Source of the DNA: an uncultured Chloroflexia bacterium
Lineage (GTDB): Bacteria; Chloroflexota; UBA6077; JACCZL01
Length of the DNA stretch: 64,000 bases
Reading direction: 5' to 3'
Assembly (NCBI GenBank): GCA_963765765.1
Contig: CAVXYC010000029.1
Coordinates: forward strand, 96,001-160,000
The notes under the pieces were generated by a model. That model was given only the letters and a program-made list of their open reading frames with translations, was not told where the DNA came from and did no database searches. A program made the translations under genes and the position numbers. Positions 21,049-31,588 of this stretch are shown piece by piece. How positions within the stretch are numbered: position 1 is the first letter of the stretch; each line of letters starts with the position of its first letter.

Positions 21049-21999
21049 GTGTATCGCGATCTGGCCATTTTTTCCGGAAATGCCCATCGAGAGCTCGCCG
21101 AGTCGGTCTGCAACTACCTCGGTGTAGAGCTTGGTCGGGCAGATGTGTTTGAGTTCACCAACGAGAATATTTTTGTCCGGATCAACCAGAACGTCCGTGA
21201 GCATGACGTCTTCGTGATTCAGCCCACGTGCGCTCCGGTGAGTAAGAGCTTGATGGAGCTATTCATCATGCTGGACGCGCTGAAACGCGCATCCGCCCGG
21301 CGAGTCACAGCGGTGATTCCGTACTTCAGCTACGGTCGATCAGACAAGAAAGACCAGCCTCGAGTTCCGATTACGGCCCGATTGCTGGCGGATCTCATTC
21401 AGGCTGCCGGGGCTGATCGCGTTTTGACAATTGATCTCCACGCTGGTCAAATCCAGGGGTTCTTCAAGATCCCAGTCGATGAGCTCACCGCCGTCTACCT
21501 CCTGTGCGATTACTTCCGAGGCATTGGACTGGAAGACCCTGTCGTGGTCTCCGCGGACATTGGATTTGCCAAGAAGGCCCGCAACTTCGCTGAGCTGCTG
21601 CATGCGCCCCTGGCCATCGTAGAGAAGCGTCGCGAGGTGCACGACGGTAATGTCGAATCGCTGCGGTTGATTGGCGACGTAAAGGGCAAAACGGCGCTCA
21701 TCGTGGATGACGAAGTAGATACGGCACGATCTCTGGTGGGTGCGATTCAGGTCTGCCACGAGTATGGTGCCGCCCAGGTGTATGCCAGCGCTGTGCATTC
21801 TGTACTCTCCGATCTGGCCGTGCAACGTCTTGCCGAGGCCGAGCTCGTGGAGTACGTGACAACCGATACGATTCCCATCACCGCCGAGAGCCGGAGGGCT
21901 CGGACGCGCGTCATCAGCGTGAGTGTGCTGCTGGGAGAGGCCATCAGTCGCATCCATACTGGCGGCTCCGTAGGCGCACTATTCGGCGCGGCTGTCTAA
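21049..21999 (+). CDS. prs: Ribose-phosphate pyrophosphokinase
   Basis: PYFSYGRSDKK, DLHAGQIQGFF, VDDEVDTA. Confidence 0.97.
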   Translation: MYRDLAIFSGNAHRELAESVCNYLGVELGRADVFEFTNENIFVRINQNVREHDVFVIQPTCAPVSKSLMELFIMLDALKRASARRVTAVIPYFSYGRSDKKDQPRVPITARLLADLIQAAGADRVLTIDLHAGQIQGFFKIPVDELTAVYLLCDYFRGIGLEDPVVVSADIGFAKKARNFAELLHAPLAIVEKRREVHDGNVESLRLIGDVKGKTALIVDDEVDTARSLVGAIQVCHEYGAAQVYASAVHSVLSDLAVQRLAEAELVEYVTTDTIPITAESRRARTRVISVSVLLGEAISRIHTGGSVGALFGAAV

Positions 22000-22130
22000 T
22001 CGGATGCCGCTGACGCGGCACGCCGTAGACCACCGACTTCGATCTGGCATGGCAAACTGAAGTCAGAAAGTGAGTGCGGCGTCTACGTGCGCCGCGCTCA
22101 TGTGCGCTCCGCGTAGCGTCCATTTCCCTT

Positions 22131-22155
22131 GGAACGTCTGTTCGTTACTTATAAT
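22131..22155 (+). promoter_or_regulatory. secA promoter (-10 TATAAT) with a perfect LexA-type box just upstream
   Basis: GGAAC-GTCT-GTTCG at 22131-22144; TATAAT at 22150-22155. Confidence 0.5.
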
Positions 22156-22182
22156 GAGGTGACGGAACCCCTGAGGTAGCCA

Positions 22183-24867
22183 ATGCTGTCCTGGATCAAG
22201 CGTGTCGTGGGCACCGCCAACGACCGCGAGCTGAAACGCATCGAACCGCTTATCACCGAGATCAACGATCTCGAGGAAGAGTTCAAGGCACTCTCTGACG
22301 AGGAGCTTCGTGATAAGACGACGGAGCTGCGTGGATGCGTCCTTGCTGGCGACGACCTTGATTCAATCATCCCCGAAGCATTTGCCGCCGTTCGTGAGGC
22401 CGGTCGACGCACGCTGGGTATGCGTCACTATGACGTCCAGCTCATCGGCGGCATCGCGCTCCACGAAGGCAAGATCGCCGAGATGCGAACGGGTGAAGGG
22501 AAGACGCTCGTCGCCACACTTCCGCTTTATCTGAATGCGCTGGCGGGGCGCGGCGTGCATCTCGTGACCGTGAACGACTACCTCGCCAAACGCGACGCGC
22601 AATGGATGGGGCGGATTTATCATGCCCTTGGTATGACCGTTGGGGTCATCCAGCACGACGTTGCATTCGTTTACGACCCTGATTACCCGGCTGAGGATCC
22701 GTCGGTCCGCTTCCTTCGCCCTTGCTCGCACAGGCGTGAAGCGTATGCCGCTGACATTACCTACGGCACGAACAATGAGTTCGGGTTCGACTATCTACGC
22801 GACAACATGGTCTGGGATATCAACGACAAGGTACAGCGTGAGCTTTACTACGCAATCGTTGACGAAGTCGACAATATCCTGATCGACGAAGCTCGAACAC
22901 CGCTCATCATTTCTGGTCCGGCCGAGGAATCCGCTGACGAGTATCGAAGATTCGCCAGCGTAGTTCCGCGTTTACGGGAAGGTGAGGACGAAGACTTCAC
23001 CATCGAACAGCGGCACAAGGCGGTTCAGCTCACGGAGAAAGGCATCGCTCGCGTCGAGCAGATGATCGGCGTAGAGAACCTTTACGACGTTGCTAACTAC
23101 GAGTTGGCGCACTATCTCGAGAACGCGCTGAAGGCCCAGTTCACATATCAGCGTGATGACCAGTACGTGGTCAAAGACGGCGAGATCGTCATCGTTGACG
23201 AGTTTACTGGCCGGCTCATGCCCGGTCGCCGCTACAGCGAGGGCCTTCACCAGGCCATTGAAGCCAAGGAGGGCGTCCGCGTTCAGCGCGAGAACGTCAC
23301 TCTCGCACGGATCACGTTTCAGAACTACTTCCGGCTCTATGAAAAGCTGGGCGGAATGACGGGGACCGCGTCCACGGAGGTGGAGGAATTTCGTCGGATT
23401 TACAACCTCGATGTCTTGACCGTCCCCACGCACCGTCCCATGATTCGCGACGACGCGTCGGACCTCGTCTACAAGAGCGTTGACGCAAAGTATCAGGCAG
23501 TCGTTGAAGAAATCGAGGAGCGAAACAAGCGCGGTCAGCCTGTCTTGGTGGGCACCACTTCCATTGAAAAGTCGGAGCTCATAGCGCAGCTTCTCACTCG
23601 GCGCGGCATTCGCCACGAGGTGCTGAATGCAAAGCAGCATGAGCGTGAAGCGCACATCATCTCACAGGCAGGGCGCTCCAGCTCGGTGACGATTGCAACG
23701 AACATGGCCGGCCGTGGCGTTGACATTCTGCTGGGTGGCAACCCGGACGGTGTTGCCGATGAGCTCCTTCGAAAGGAAGGCGTCGATCGCATCACGGCCG
23801 AGCCCGAACAGGTCGCTGCCGCGTTCCAACGCGGAAAAGAGATGTGCGAGGCTGACCGCGTGAAGGTCACTGAGGTCGGCGGACTGCACATCATCGGAAC
23901 CGATCGCCACGAGGCGCGTCGGATCGACAATCAGCTCCGGGGGCGCGCGGGTCGCCAGGGCGATCCGGGTTCGTCGCGGTTCTACATTGCGCTCGATGAC
24001 GATCTGATGAAGCGCTTCGGGGGCGAGCGCATCGCCGGGATGATGGGCAAGCTCGGTCTCGAAGAAGACGTTCCTCTGGAGCACTCCTGGGTCAACAAGT
24101 CCATCGAGAACGCTCAATCAAAGGTCGAAGCCTACAACTACGACATCCGCAAGCATGTTGTGGAATACGACGATGTACTCAATCGACAGCGCGAAGTGAT
24201 CTACGCGGATCGCACGCGCATTCTCGAAGAGGAATCGCATCGTCCGATGCTCATGGAGTGGCTAAGCGATGAGCTCACTGATCTCATTGCCACCCACACG
24301 GCTGCTGAGCGTGTTGAGGATTGGGACCTGGAGGGTCTGGTCCGGCAGGTGGCCGCCATCTTCCCGCTCCCCGGCGAGATCACCATTGGAACCGAAGGAC
24401 GCGTCACGGCGGAAGACCTTCACGAGATGTTCATGGACCTAGCGAACAAAGCCTATGACGAGCGCGAAGAGCGCTTCGGCGCTGACGTTGTTCGGTTCAT
24501 CGAACGAGCGTGGATGCTCAACGTTATCGATCGTCATTGGATTCAGCATCTGACTGCTATAGATGACCTGCGCGAAGGAATCGGATTCCGGGCTTATGGC
24601 CAACGCGATCCGCTCGTGGAGTACAAGGTCGAGTCAGCGTCGATGTTCGACGACCTGCTTGCAACCATCCAGCATGACGTGGTGTATCTGCTCTTCCACG
24701 TTGAGCCTCGCGCTCAGGAACAGCCGCCGCAGCGCCGCGCTCCAGCGATGACCACCAACCGTGAGGAAGACACGCGGCAGCCAGTAAAAGCTGGACGACG
24801 CGTTGGCCGAAACGATCCCTGTCCCTGTGGAAGCGGTCAGAAGTACAAACGCTGTCACGGGAAATAG
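22183..24867 (+). CDS. secA: Preprotein translocase ATPase SecA
   Basis: MRTGEGKT, DEVDNILIDEARTP, TNMAGRG and C-terminal SEC-C motif GRNDPCPCGSGQKYKRCHG. Confidence 0.99.
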   Translation: MLSWIKRVVGTANDRELKRIEPLITEINDLEEEFKALSDEELRDKTTELRGCVLAGDDLDSIIPEAFAAVREAGRRTLGMRHYDVQLIGGIALHEGKIAEMRTGEGKTLVATLPLYLNALAGRGVHLVTVNDYLAKRDAQWMGRIYHALGMTVGVIQHDVAFVYDPDYPAEDPSVRFLRPCSHRREAYAADITYGTNNEFGFDYLRDNMVWDINDKVQRELYYAIVDEVDNILIDEARTPLIISGPAEESADEYRRFASVVPRLREGEDEDFTIEQRHKAVQLTEKGIARVEQMIGVENLYDVANYELAHYLENALKAQFTYQRDDQYVVKDGEIVIVDEFTGRLMPGRRYSEGLHQAIEAKEGVRVQRENVTLARITFQNYFRLYEKLGGMTGTASTEVEEFRRIYNLDVLTVPTHRPMIRDDASDLVYKSVDAKYQAVVEEIEERNKRGQPVLVGTTSIEKSELIAQLLTRRGIRHEVLNAKQHEREAHIISQAGRSSSVTIATNMAGRGVDILLGGNPDGVADELLRKEGVDRITAEPEQVAAAFQRGKEMCEADRVKVTEVGGLHIIGTDRHEARRIDNQLRGRAGRQGDPGSSRFYIALDDDLMKRFGGERIAGMMGKLGLEEDVPLEHSWVNKSIENAQSKVEAYNYDIRKHVVEYDDVLNRQREVIYADRTRILEEESHRPMLMEWLSDELTDLIATHTAAERVEDWDLEGLVRQVAAIFPLPGEITIGTEGRVTAEDLHEMFMDLANKAYDEREERFGADVVRFIERAWMLNVIDRHWIQHLTAIDDLREGIGFRAYGQRDPLVEYKVESASMFDDLLATIQHDVVYLLFHVEPRAQEQPPQRRAPAMTTNREEDTRQPVKAGRRVGRNDPCPCGSGQKYKRCHGK

Positions 24868-24916
24868 AGTTGGCCTGCGGCTCGGAACGAGCCGCTTTGG
24901 ACCGCGGCGGTCTACC

Positions 24917-24945
24917 TTGACACCCGCCGGCTGACTTCGTAGGAT
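24917..24945 (+). promoter_or_regulatory. Sigma70-type promoter of the gcv operon
   Basis: TTGACA-N17-TAGGAT, about 20 nt before the gcvT ATG. Confidence 0.7.
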
Positions 24946-24967
24946 CGCCCAGGGATCTCTACTTTTA

Positions 24968-26086
24968 ATGTCTGAATTGCCTCTTTCTCGCACGGCGCTC
25001 TTCGACGAGCACGTCGCCTCGGGTGCTCGCCTCGTTGAGTTTGGCGGATGGGAGATGCCTGTTCAGTATCAGGGCATCATCGCCGAGCACACGATTGTTC
25101 GAACGGCCGTGGGGCTTTTCGATCTTTCGCATATGGGCCGTCTCAGATTTCGCGGGCCTGATGCGTTGTCCTTTGTGCAGCACCTCACCACCAATGACGT
25201 CTCACGGCTCGTTCCTGGCAGAGCTCAGTACTCGTTGTGCTGTGCTGACGACGGCGGCGTACTCGACGACGTTGTTGTCTATCGTCTAGATCCAGAGATT
25301 CTGATGGTGGTGAACGCATCCAATCGAGAGAAGATACTCGATCGCATCAAGGCGCTTCACAGTGCACGATCGTGGGATTTTGAAATGGTTGATGCGACAT
25401 CTGCCACCGCTATGATAGGCGTGCAGGGTCCGCTCGCTGAGGAGTATCTGCAACCGCTCGCCGACATCGAGCTCTCGGCAATTCGGTATTACGCGGGCGC
25501 AGATAGTCAGATAGACAGGACGCCCGCATTCATCGCTCGCACGGGCTACACCGGCGAGGACGGGTTCGAGCTCATCGTTTCCGCTGATGACGCCGCGTCT
25601 CTCTGGCGAGGCCTTCAGGTATCCCGTGGCGGTGTTTCGCCCGCACCCTGCGGTCTTGGCGCACGGGACACGCTTCGTCTGGAAGCCGGGATGGCGCTCT
25701 ACGGTCACGAGCTGAACGAGGATACGACGCCTTACGAAGCTGGGCTCGGCCGTGTTGTAAAGCTGGAAAAGGGCGAGTTTGCTGGGCAAGCAGCTCTTCA
25801 GGAGCTCAGTCAGAGCCAGGCGGCCCGGCGACTCGTGGGTTTCCAGCTTACGGGGCAAGGAGTCCCTCGGCAGGGATATAGAGTACTCAATGACGGCACG
25901 AACATCGGCGTCGTAACGAGCGGCACGATGTCGCCAACACTACACACCCCGATCGGTCTTGCCTACGTTGCCAACGACCGCGATCGAGCGGTAGGCTCCG
26001 AGATTCAGATCGAGATTCGTGGACGAGCCACGCCGGCTCAAATTGTGGCTGTCCCGTTTTACGCTCACCGGACTAAACGCGGGTAA
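24968..26086 (+). CDS. gcvT: Glycine cleavage system aminomethyltransferase T
   Basis: FGGWEMPVQY, FDLSHMG, RTGYTGEDGFE, GLGARDTLRLEAG. Confidence 0.97.
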   Translation: MSELPLSRTALFDEHVASGARLVEFGGWEMPVQYQGIIAEHTIVRTAVGLFDLSHMGRLRFRGPDALSFVQHLTTNDVSRLVPGRAQYSLCCADDGGVLDDVVVYRLDPEILMVVNASNREKILDRIKALHSARSWDFEMVDATSATAMIGVQGPLAEEYLQPLADIELSAIRYYAGADSQIDRTPAFIARTGYTGEDGFELIVSADDAASLWRGLQVSRGGVSPAPCGLGARDTLRLEAGMALYGHELNEDTTPYEAGLGRVVKLEKGEFAGQAALQELSQSQAARRLVGFQLTGQGVPRQGYRVLNDGTNIGVVTSGTMSPTLHTPIGLAYVANDRDRAVGSEIQIEIRGRATPAQIVAVPFYAHRTKRG

Positions 26087-26119
26087 TCGTCTCGCGACGC
26101 TCAGCTAGAAGGAGAATCT

Positions 26120-26497
26120 GTGAATCCGCCAGAACTGAAATACACCAGCGAGCACGAATGGGTTCGTGTCGACGGCGATGAGGCAGTGGTCGGAATCACT
26201 GAGTTCGCGCAGGATCAGCTTGGTGACGTTGTATACGTCGAGCTTCCGAGCGTGGGCACTCGCATAGAGCAGAATAAGCAGTTTGGCGTCGTGGAGTCGG
26301 TGAAGACGGCGTCAGACCTCTACTCGCCGCTAACGGGCGAGGTCACCGCCGTCAATGACACACTCGTGGACGAGCCTCAGAGCGTCAACGACGCGCCGTA
26401 CGGAGAGGGCTGGATGATCCGCGTGCGGCCCGACAATTTGAGTGAGCTCGATTCGCTACTCTCCGCTGAGCAATACGCGGACCTTACCGGCGACTGA
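26120..26497 (+). CDS. gcvH: Glycine cleavage system H protein
   Basis: YTSEHEW, VESVKTASD (lipoyl-Lys), PYGEGW. Confidence 0.97.
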   Translation: MNPPELKYTSEHEWVRVDGDEAVVGITEFAQDQLGDVVYVELPSVGTRIEQNKQFGVVESVKTASDLYSPLTGEVTAVNDTLVDEPQSVNDAPYGEGWMIRVRPDNLSELDSLLSAEQYADLTGD

Positions 26498-26581
26498 GGC
26501 CAGCTTCACAGGCGAAATATCGCGTGCACCCGTCGCGTGGTTCCACGTCGACGAAGTTCGAGGGAGGACCCAGGCCGGGTT

Positions 26582-27937
26582 ATGGCATTTATTCCGCTGA
26601 CAGACGACGAACGATCGGCGATGTTGCGCCAGATCGGCGTGGCCTCCGTTGATGATCTTTTCTCGGATATCCCGGCAGACTTCCGTTTTCCAACGCTCGA
26701 GATCGAGCCCAGCATCTCAGAGCTCGAAGTGCTCCGAAAGATGTCGGGCCTGGCTGGGCGCAATCGACACGTACGGCAACAACCGACTTTCATAGGCGCA
26801 GGCGCATACGATCACTTCATACCGAGCATCGTGAACCACGTGGTCGCTCGAAATGAGCTCTACACCGCTTATACGCCGTACCAGGCGGAGGCGAGTCAGG
26901 GCACGCTGCAGTTCATGTTCGAGTTCCAGAGCCTGATCTGCGACCTTCTCGAAATGGACGTGGCGAACTCATCCGTGTACGACGGTGCGAGTGGTCTCGC
27001 GGAAGCGGTGCTCATGGCGCTCAGGATTACCGGACGCGATCGAGTGGTCCTCGCCGCCTCGGTGTATCCGGAGTACCGACAAGTCGTGGAGACGTATCTC
27101 GAAGGTCGTGATCTACACGTCGTCTCCCCGGCACCGCGATTGGAAGGCGGCCGAATCGTCGCGCCGTCAGTGCTTGACCTTGTCGATGGAAACACGGCCT
27201 GTATCGTGGTGCAGCAGCCCAGTGTCTTCGGAGATATCCAGGACCTCACCGAGATCCAGAAACGGGCTGAGGAAGTCGGCGCCCTATTCATCGTAGTGAC
27301 AGGTGATCCGGTGTCTCTAGGGTTACTGAAGACGCCTGGCCACTGGGGCGCCGATATCGCCGTGGGCGAGGGACAGGGAATCGGCGTTCACCTCCAGTAT
27401 GGCGGCCCCTGGGTCGGCTACATGGCCTGCAAGCAAAAGCATCTCCGACAGTTACCCGGCCGAATCGTCGGCCAGACGACGGACGATCAGGAGCGCCGCG
27501 GATTTGTGCTTACGCTCCAGGCGCGTGAGCAGCACATCCGACGTGAGAAGGCAACGTCTAACATCTGTACCAGCCAAACACTTCTCTCCATCGCGGTGAC
27601 GGCCTATCTAACAGCTATGGGACCTTCGGGACTGCGGGGCGCGGCACGTCTCTCACATGCACGAGCGGCCGAAGCGGCCGAACGCATCGGCGCTCTGCCC
27701 GGGTACAAAGTGCTCACCCCGGAGCCCTTCTTCAATGAGTTCGTGGTCGCCGGCCCCCGCGCCGCGCGGGAGACACAGACCGCCCTATTGGAGCATGACA
27801 TTCTTGCTGGATATTCACTGGATGCACTGGGTAAGGAATTCGAGCATTGCCTCTTGTTGTGTGCAACTGAGGTGAATACAAGTGAACACATCAGTCAGTT
27901 AACCTCGGCGCTGTCAGAGATCGGAGGTGCCCGATGA
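26582..27937 (+). CDS. gcvPA: Glycine dehydrogenase subunit 1
   Basis: TAYTPYQAEASQG, NSSVYDG, REQHIRREKATSNIC. Confidence 0.96.
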   Translation: MAFIPLTDDERSAMLRQIGVASVDDLFSDIPADFRFPTLEIEPSISELEVLRKMSGLAGRNRHVRQQPTFIGAGAYDHFIPSIVNHVVARNELYTAYTPYQAEASQGTLQFMFEFQSLICDLLEMDVANSSVYDGASGLAEAVLMALRITGRDRVVLAASVYPEYRQVVETYLEGRDLHVVSPAPRLEGGRIVAPSVLDLVDGNTACIVVQQPSVFGDIQDLTEIQKRAEEVGALFIVVTGDPVSLGLLKTPGHWGADIAVGEGQGIGVHLQYGGPWVGYMACKQKHLRQLPGRIVGQTTDDQERRGFVLTLQAREQHIRREKATSNICTSQTLLSIAVTAYLTAMGPSGLRGAARLSHARAAEAAERIGALPGYKVLTPEPFFNEFVVAGPRAARETQTALLEHDILAGYSLDALGKEFEHCLLLCATEVNTSEHISQLTSALSEIGGAR

Positions 27938-29386
27938 CCGAGCCGCTGATCTCAGAAATTAGCCGCCCCGGGAGGCCAGGGCACCGACTTCCCGGGTCAG
28001 GATGACATCCCTCCCAAATACGAGCTATCGAGCGACCTGCAGCGCGATGCGCTGCCGTTGCCTGAGGTCTCCGAGCTGGACCTGATGCGCCACGCGGTGC
28101 ACCTGTCCACAAAGAACCACTCCATCGATAACGGTTTTTATCCGCTCGGCTCGTGCACCATGAAATATAACCCCAAGATCAACGAGGACATCGCTCGTTT
28201 GCCGGGCTTCCTCTCGGTCCATCCGCACCAGCCTCAGTCTACGGTCCAGGGCGCCCTGGAGGTCATGTGGGAGCTCCAGCGAATCCTCGAGGCGATTACT
28301 GGATTTGACGCTGCAACATTGCAGCCCGCGGCCGGAGCGCATGGCGAGCTGTGCGGCATGCTCATGATCCGTGCTGCCTTACGGGCTCGCGGTCAAGGCC
28401 ATCGCGCAAAAGTCCTCATTCCGGACTCCGCGCACGGCACCAATCCGGCCACCGCGGCGATGTGCGGTTTCTATACAGTCTCCGTTCCCACCGATCAGCA
28501 TGGCAACGTCGACGTCAGCGTCATCGAGCGCGAAGCCGACGATCAGACCGTGGGCCTCATGCTGACCAATCCGAATACGTTGGGCCTATTTGAACAGCGA
28601 ATCCTCGAGGTGACCGAGCTCGTCCATCGTGCTGGTGGACTGGTGTACGGCGATGGCGCGAACCTCAACGCGATCCTTGGAGCAGTAAAGCCCCGCGAGA
28701 TGGGCATTGACGTTCTCCACATCAACGTCCATAAAACCTTCTCCACGCCGCACGGCGCCGGTGGCCCCGGAGATGGCCCGGTCGTTGTGACACGCGAGCT
28801 GGAGCCATTCCTGCCGGTCCCGGTGGTGAGCAAGCATCCCGATGGGGCATTTTTTCTAGATTGGGACCGCCCGAGCTCCATTGGCAAGCTCAAAGCTTTC
28901 AACGGGCATTTCGGAATTCTCGCGCGTGCACTGACCTACATTCTGATGCAGGGGAGCGATGGTTTGCGCGAGATCAGCCAGACGGCCGTACTCCACGCAA
29001 ACTACCTGCGAAGCCTGCTCCAGGACGCGTACGAGCTCGCTTACCCTCGCTCCTGCATGCACGAATTCGTCCTAACTGGAAGGCGTCAGAAGCGCGCTGG
29101 GGTGCGCACGCTCGACATCGCTAAGCGCCTCCTGGACTTCGGAATTCACCCGCCCACCGTTTACTTCCCACTTATAGTCGAAGAGGCTATGATGATCGAG
29201 CCTACCGAGTCGGAGAGCAAAGAAACGCTGGACGAATTCGCTCGGGTCATGCTCCAGATCGCACACGAGGTCGATGAGAATCCCGACGTAATTCATTCAG
29301 CTCCGCACACGACGCCGGTGGGCAGGTTGGACGAAGCGACGGCTGCACGGAAGCCGCGACTCCGATGGGGAACGCAGGACCGATAA
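27934..29386 (+). CDS. gcvPB: Glycine dehydrogenase subunit 2, with a +1 frameshift near 27990
   Basis: ATG 27934 gives the typical N-terminus [14 protein letters not shown], then a stop. The body ([24 protein letters not shown]) is one frame over, consistent with an extra base in CCCGGG. Confidence 0.93.
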
Positions 29387-29388
29387 CT

Positions 29389-30438
29389 ATGGAACAACGG
29401 ACTGAAACACATTCCGCGTCAACGGGAATTGCACCTCCCGAGGCACCACTACTGGATGTGCGGAATTTGCATACGGTGTTCGCCACCGGCGACGGAGTGG
29501 TGCACGCAGTCAATGGCGTCTCCTACACGGTAAAGCCGGGTGAAGCGCTGGGACTGGTGGGCGAAAGCGGCTGCGGCAAAAGCGTGAGCGCGCTGTCGCT
29601 CATGCGCCTCATTCCCAATCCTCCCGGCCGCATCAGCGAGGGAGAAATCCTGTTCGACGGCCGCGACTTGCTCAAGCTGAGTGACGAGGAGATGCGCCGC
29701 GTGCGGGGCAAAGAGATCGCCATCATCTTCCAGGACCCCATGAGCTCGCTCAATCCCGTCCTCACCATCGGACGCCAGATCTCCGAAGCCCTCGAGCTTC
29801 ATGAAGGCTTGAACGGCGCCAAGGCCCGCGAACGCACTGTGGAGCTGCTCGACCTGGTCGGTATCCCGTCTGCCAGCTCGCGCGTGGATGACTACCCACA
29901 CCAGTTCTCCGGTGGCATGCGCCAGCGCGTAATGATCGCCATGGCCCTGTCCTGTAATCCCAAGCTGCTCATCGCCGACGAGCCAACCACCGCGCTCGAC
30001 GTGACGATTCAGGCGCAGATTCTGGATCTCATCGCGCGATTGCGCAAAGAGCTCGGGATGGCGGTCATCCTGATCACCCATGACCTGGGCGTGGTGGCCG
30101 GCGTGTGCGAGCGCATCAACGTCATGTACGCGGGGCACATCGTGGAGTCCGGTACCGCCGAGGAGCTCTTTGCCAATCCGCGCCACCCGTACACGCTGGG
30201 TCTTCTTCGGAGCGTCCCGCGCATCGACCAGCCACGCAGAGAGAAGCTCATCCCGATTGAAGGGCTGCCACCCGATCTCATCGATGCGCCACCGGGCTGC
30301 CCTTTTGCACCCCGCTGCGCCTACGCCGTGGAGCGTTGCCTGGACGAGAACCCTGAGCTGGAGCCGGTCGGACCGGCCCACGTCGCCGCCTGCTGGGTGG
30401 ACGTCGCCAAGGAGCCTGCACATGTCGATCTTGTCTGA
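29389..30438 (+). CDS. Oligopeptide/dipeptide ABC transporter ATPase (OppD/DppD-like)
   Basis: [20 protein letters not shown] and Cys-rich oligo_HPY tail. Confidence 0.95.
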   Translation: MEQRTETHSASTGIAPPEAPLLDVRNLHTVFATGDGVVHAVNGVSYTVKPGEALGLVGESGCGKSVSALSLMRLIPNPPGRISEGEILFDGRDLLKLSDEEMRRVRGKEIAIIFQDPMSSLNPVLTIGRQISEALELHEGLNGAKARERTVELLDLVGIPSASSRVDDYPHQFSGGMRQRVMIAMALSCNPKLLIADEPTTALDVTIQAQILDLIARLRKELGMAVILITHDLGVVAGVCERINVMYAGHIVESGTAEELFANPRHPYTLGLLRSVPRIDQPRREKLIPIEGLPPDLIDAPPGCPFAPRCAYAVERCLDENPELEPVGPAHVAACWVDVAKEPAHVDLV

Positions 30439-31519
30439 GTCCCCAACGACCAGCGACGGCTTCGGCGACCAGCCTAGTAGCAACAACAGTAGCCTGCTGG
30501 ACGTGCGCGGGCTAAAGATGTACTTCCCAATTCACAAGGGGATTGTGTTCCAGAGCCGCGTCGGTTGGGTCCAAGCGGTGGACGACATCACCTTTGACGT
30601 GAAAGAAGGCGAGACGCTCGGATTGGTCGGCGAGAGCGGCTGCGGCAAGTCCACCACCGGGCGGGCCATCCTGCAGCTGTATAAGCCCACTGAAGGGTCC
30701 GTGCGCTTCGATGACACGGAGCTCACCACGCTCAAGGGCGGTGACATGCGGCGCATGCGGCGGAAGATGCAGATGATCTTCCAGGATCCGTACGCGTCGT
30801 TGAATCCGCGCATGACCGTGGGCAGCATCATCGCCGAGCCTCTCGAGATTCACGGACTGGCGAAAGGGAAAGCCAAGCAGGAGCGCGTGCAAGAGCTCCT
30901 GCGCTTGGTCGGACTGAACCCCTACTTCGCCAATCGCTACCCGCATGAATTCTCCGGCGGCCAGCGGCAACGGATTGGCATTGCCCGCGCCCTGGCCGTG
31001 GAGCCGCGCTTCATCGTGTGCGACGAGCCGATCTCCGCTCTGGACGTCTCCATTCAAGCGCAGGTCATCAACTTGCTCGAATCGCTGCAGGAGCAGCTCG
31101 GACTGACTTATCTGTTCATCGCCCATGATCTCGCCGTGGTGCGCCATATCTCGGACCGCGTCGCCGTGATGTATGTGGGCAAGATGATGGAAGTGGCCGA
31201 TCGCAACAGTTTGTACGAGCGCCCATTACACCCGTACACGCAGGCGCTGCTCTCCGCCATTCCCGTGCCCGACCCGATTCAAGAACGGAAGCGCGAGCGG
31301 GTGATTCTGCGGGGCGACGTGCCGAGCCCGGTCAACCCGCCCAGCGGGTGTCGTTTCAATCCGCGGTGTCGCTATGCTGAAGCCAACTGCACGACCGACG
31401 AGCCGCCACTGATCCAGGTGGATTCACATCACACCGTGGCCTGCCATTACTGGCAGGAGATCGAACAAGGCACCAAGCGCGTCACACAGGCTGAGGCCGC
31501 TGTTGTAGTCGCCGCCTGA
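30422..31519 (+). CDS. Oligopeptide/dipeptide ABC transporter ATPase (OppF/DppF-like)
   Basis: [33 protein letters not shown]. Confidence 0.95.
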   Translation: MSILSESPTTSDGFGDQPSSNNSSLLDVRGLKMYFPIHKGIVFQSRVGWVQAVDDITFDVKEGETLGLVGESGCGKSTTGRAILQLYKPTEGSVRFDDTELTTLKGGDMRRMRRKMQMIFQDPYASLNPRMTVGSIIAEPLEIHGLAKGKAKQERVQELLRLVGLNPYFANRYPHEFSGGQRQRIGIARALAVEPRFIVCDEPISALDVSIQAQVINLLESLQEQLGLTYLFIAHDLAVVRHISDRVAVMYVGKMMEVADRNSLYERPLHPYTQALLSAIPVPDPIQERKRERVILRGDVPSPVNPPSGCRFNPRCRYAEANCTTDEPPLIQVDSHHTVACHYWQEIEQGTKRVTQAEAAVVVAA

Positions 31520-31544
31520 GCGAAGCCTTCGGCTTCGCACGTTG

Positions 31545-31588
31545 TCAGTACCCATTTCTCTGATGTTAGTCAGAGAAATGGGTACTGA
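31545..31588. repeat. Perfect 19-bp inverted repeat covering the MarR-GNAT start codon
   Basis: TCAGTACCCATTTCTCTGA-tgttag-TCAGAGAAATGGGTACTGA. Confidence 0.9.

Noticed and set aside
27980-28000. Programmed ribosomal frameshift in gcvPB
   Set aside because: No canonical slippery heptamer or stimulator, and similar indels elsewhere point to assembly error.
29449-31147. Long antisense ORFs over oppD/oppF (also over proS and ftsH)
   Set aside because: Shadow ORFs expected from high-GC codon bias opposite well-supported genes.
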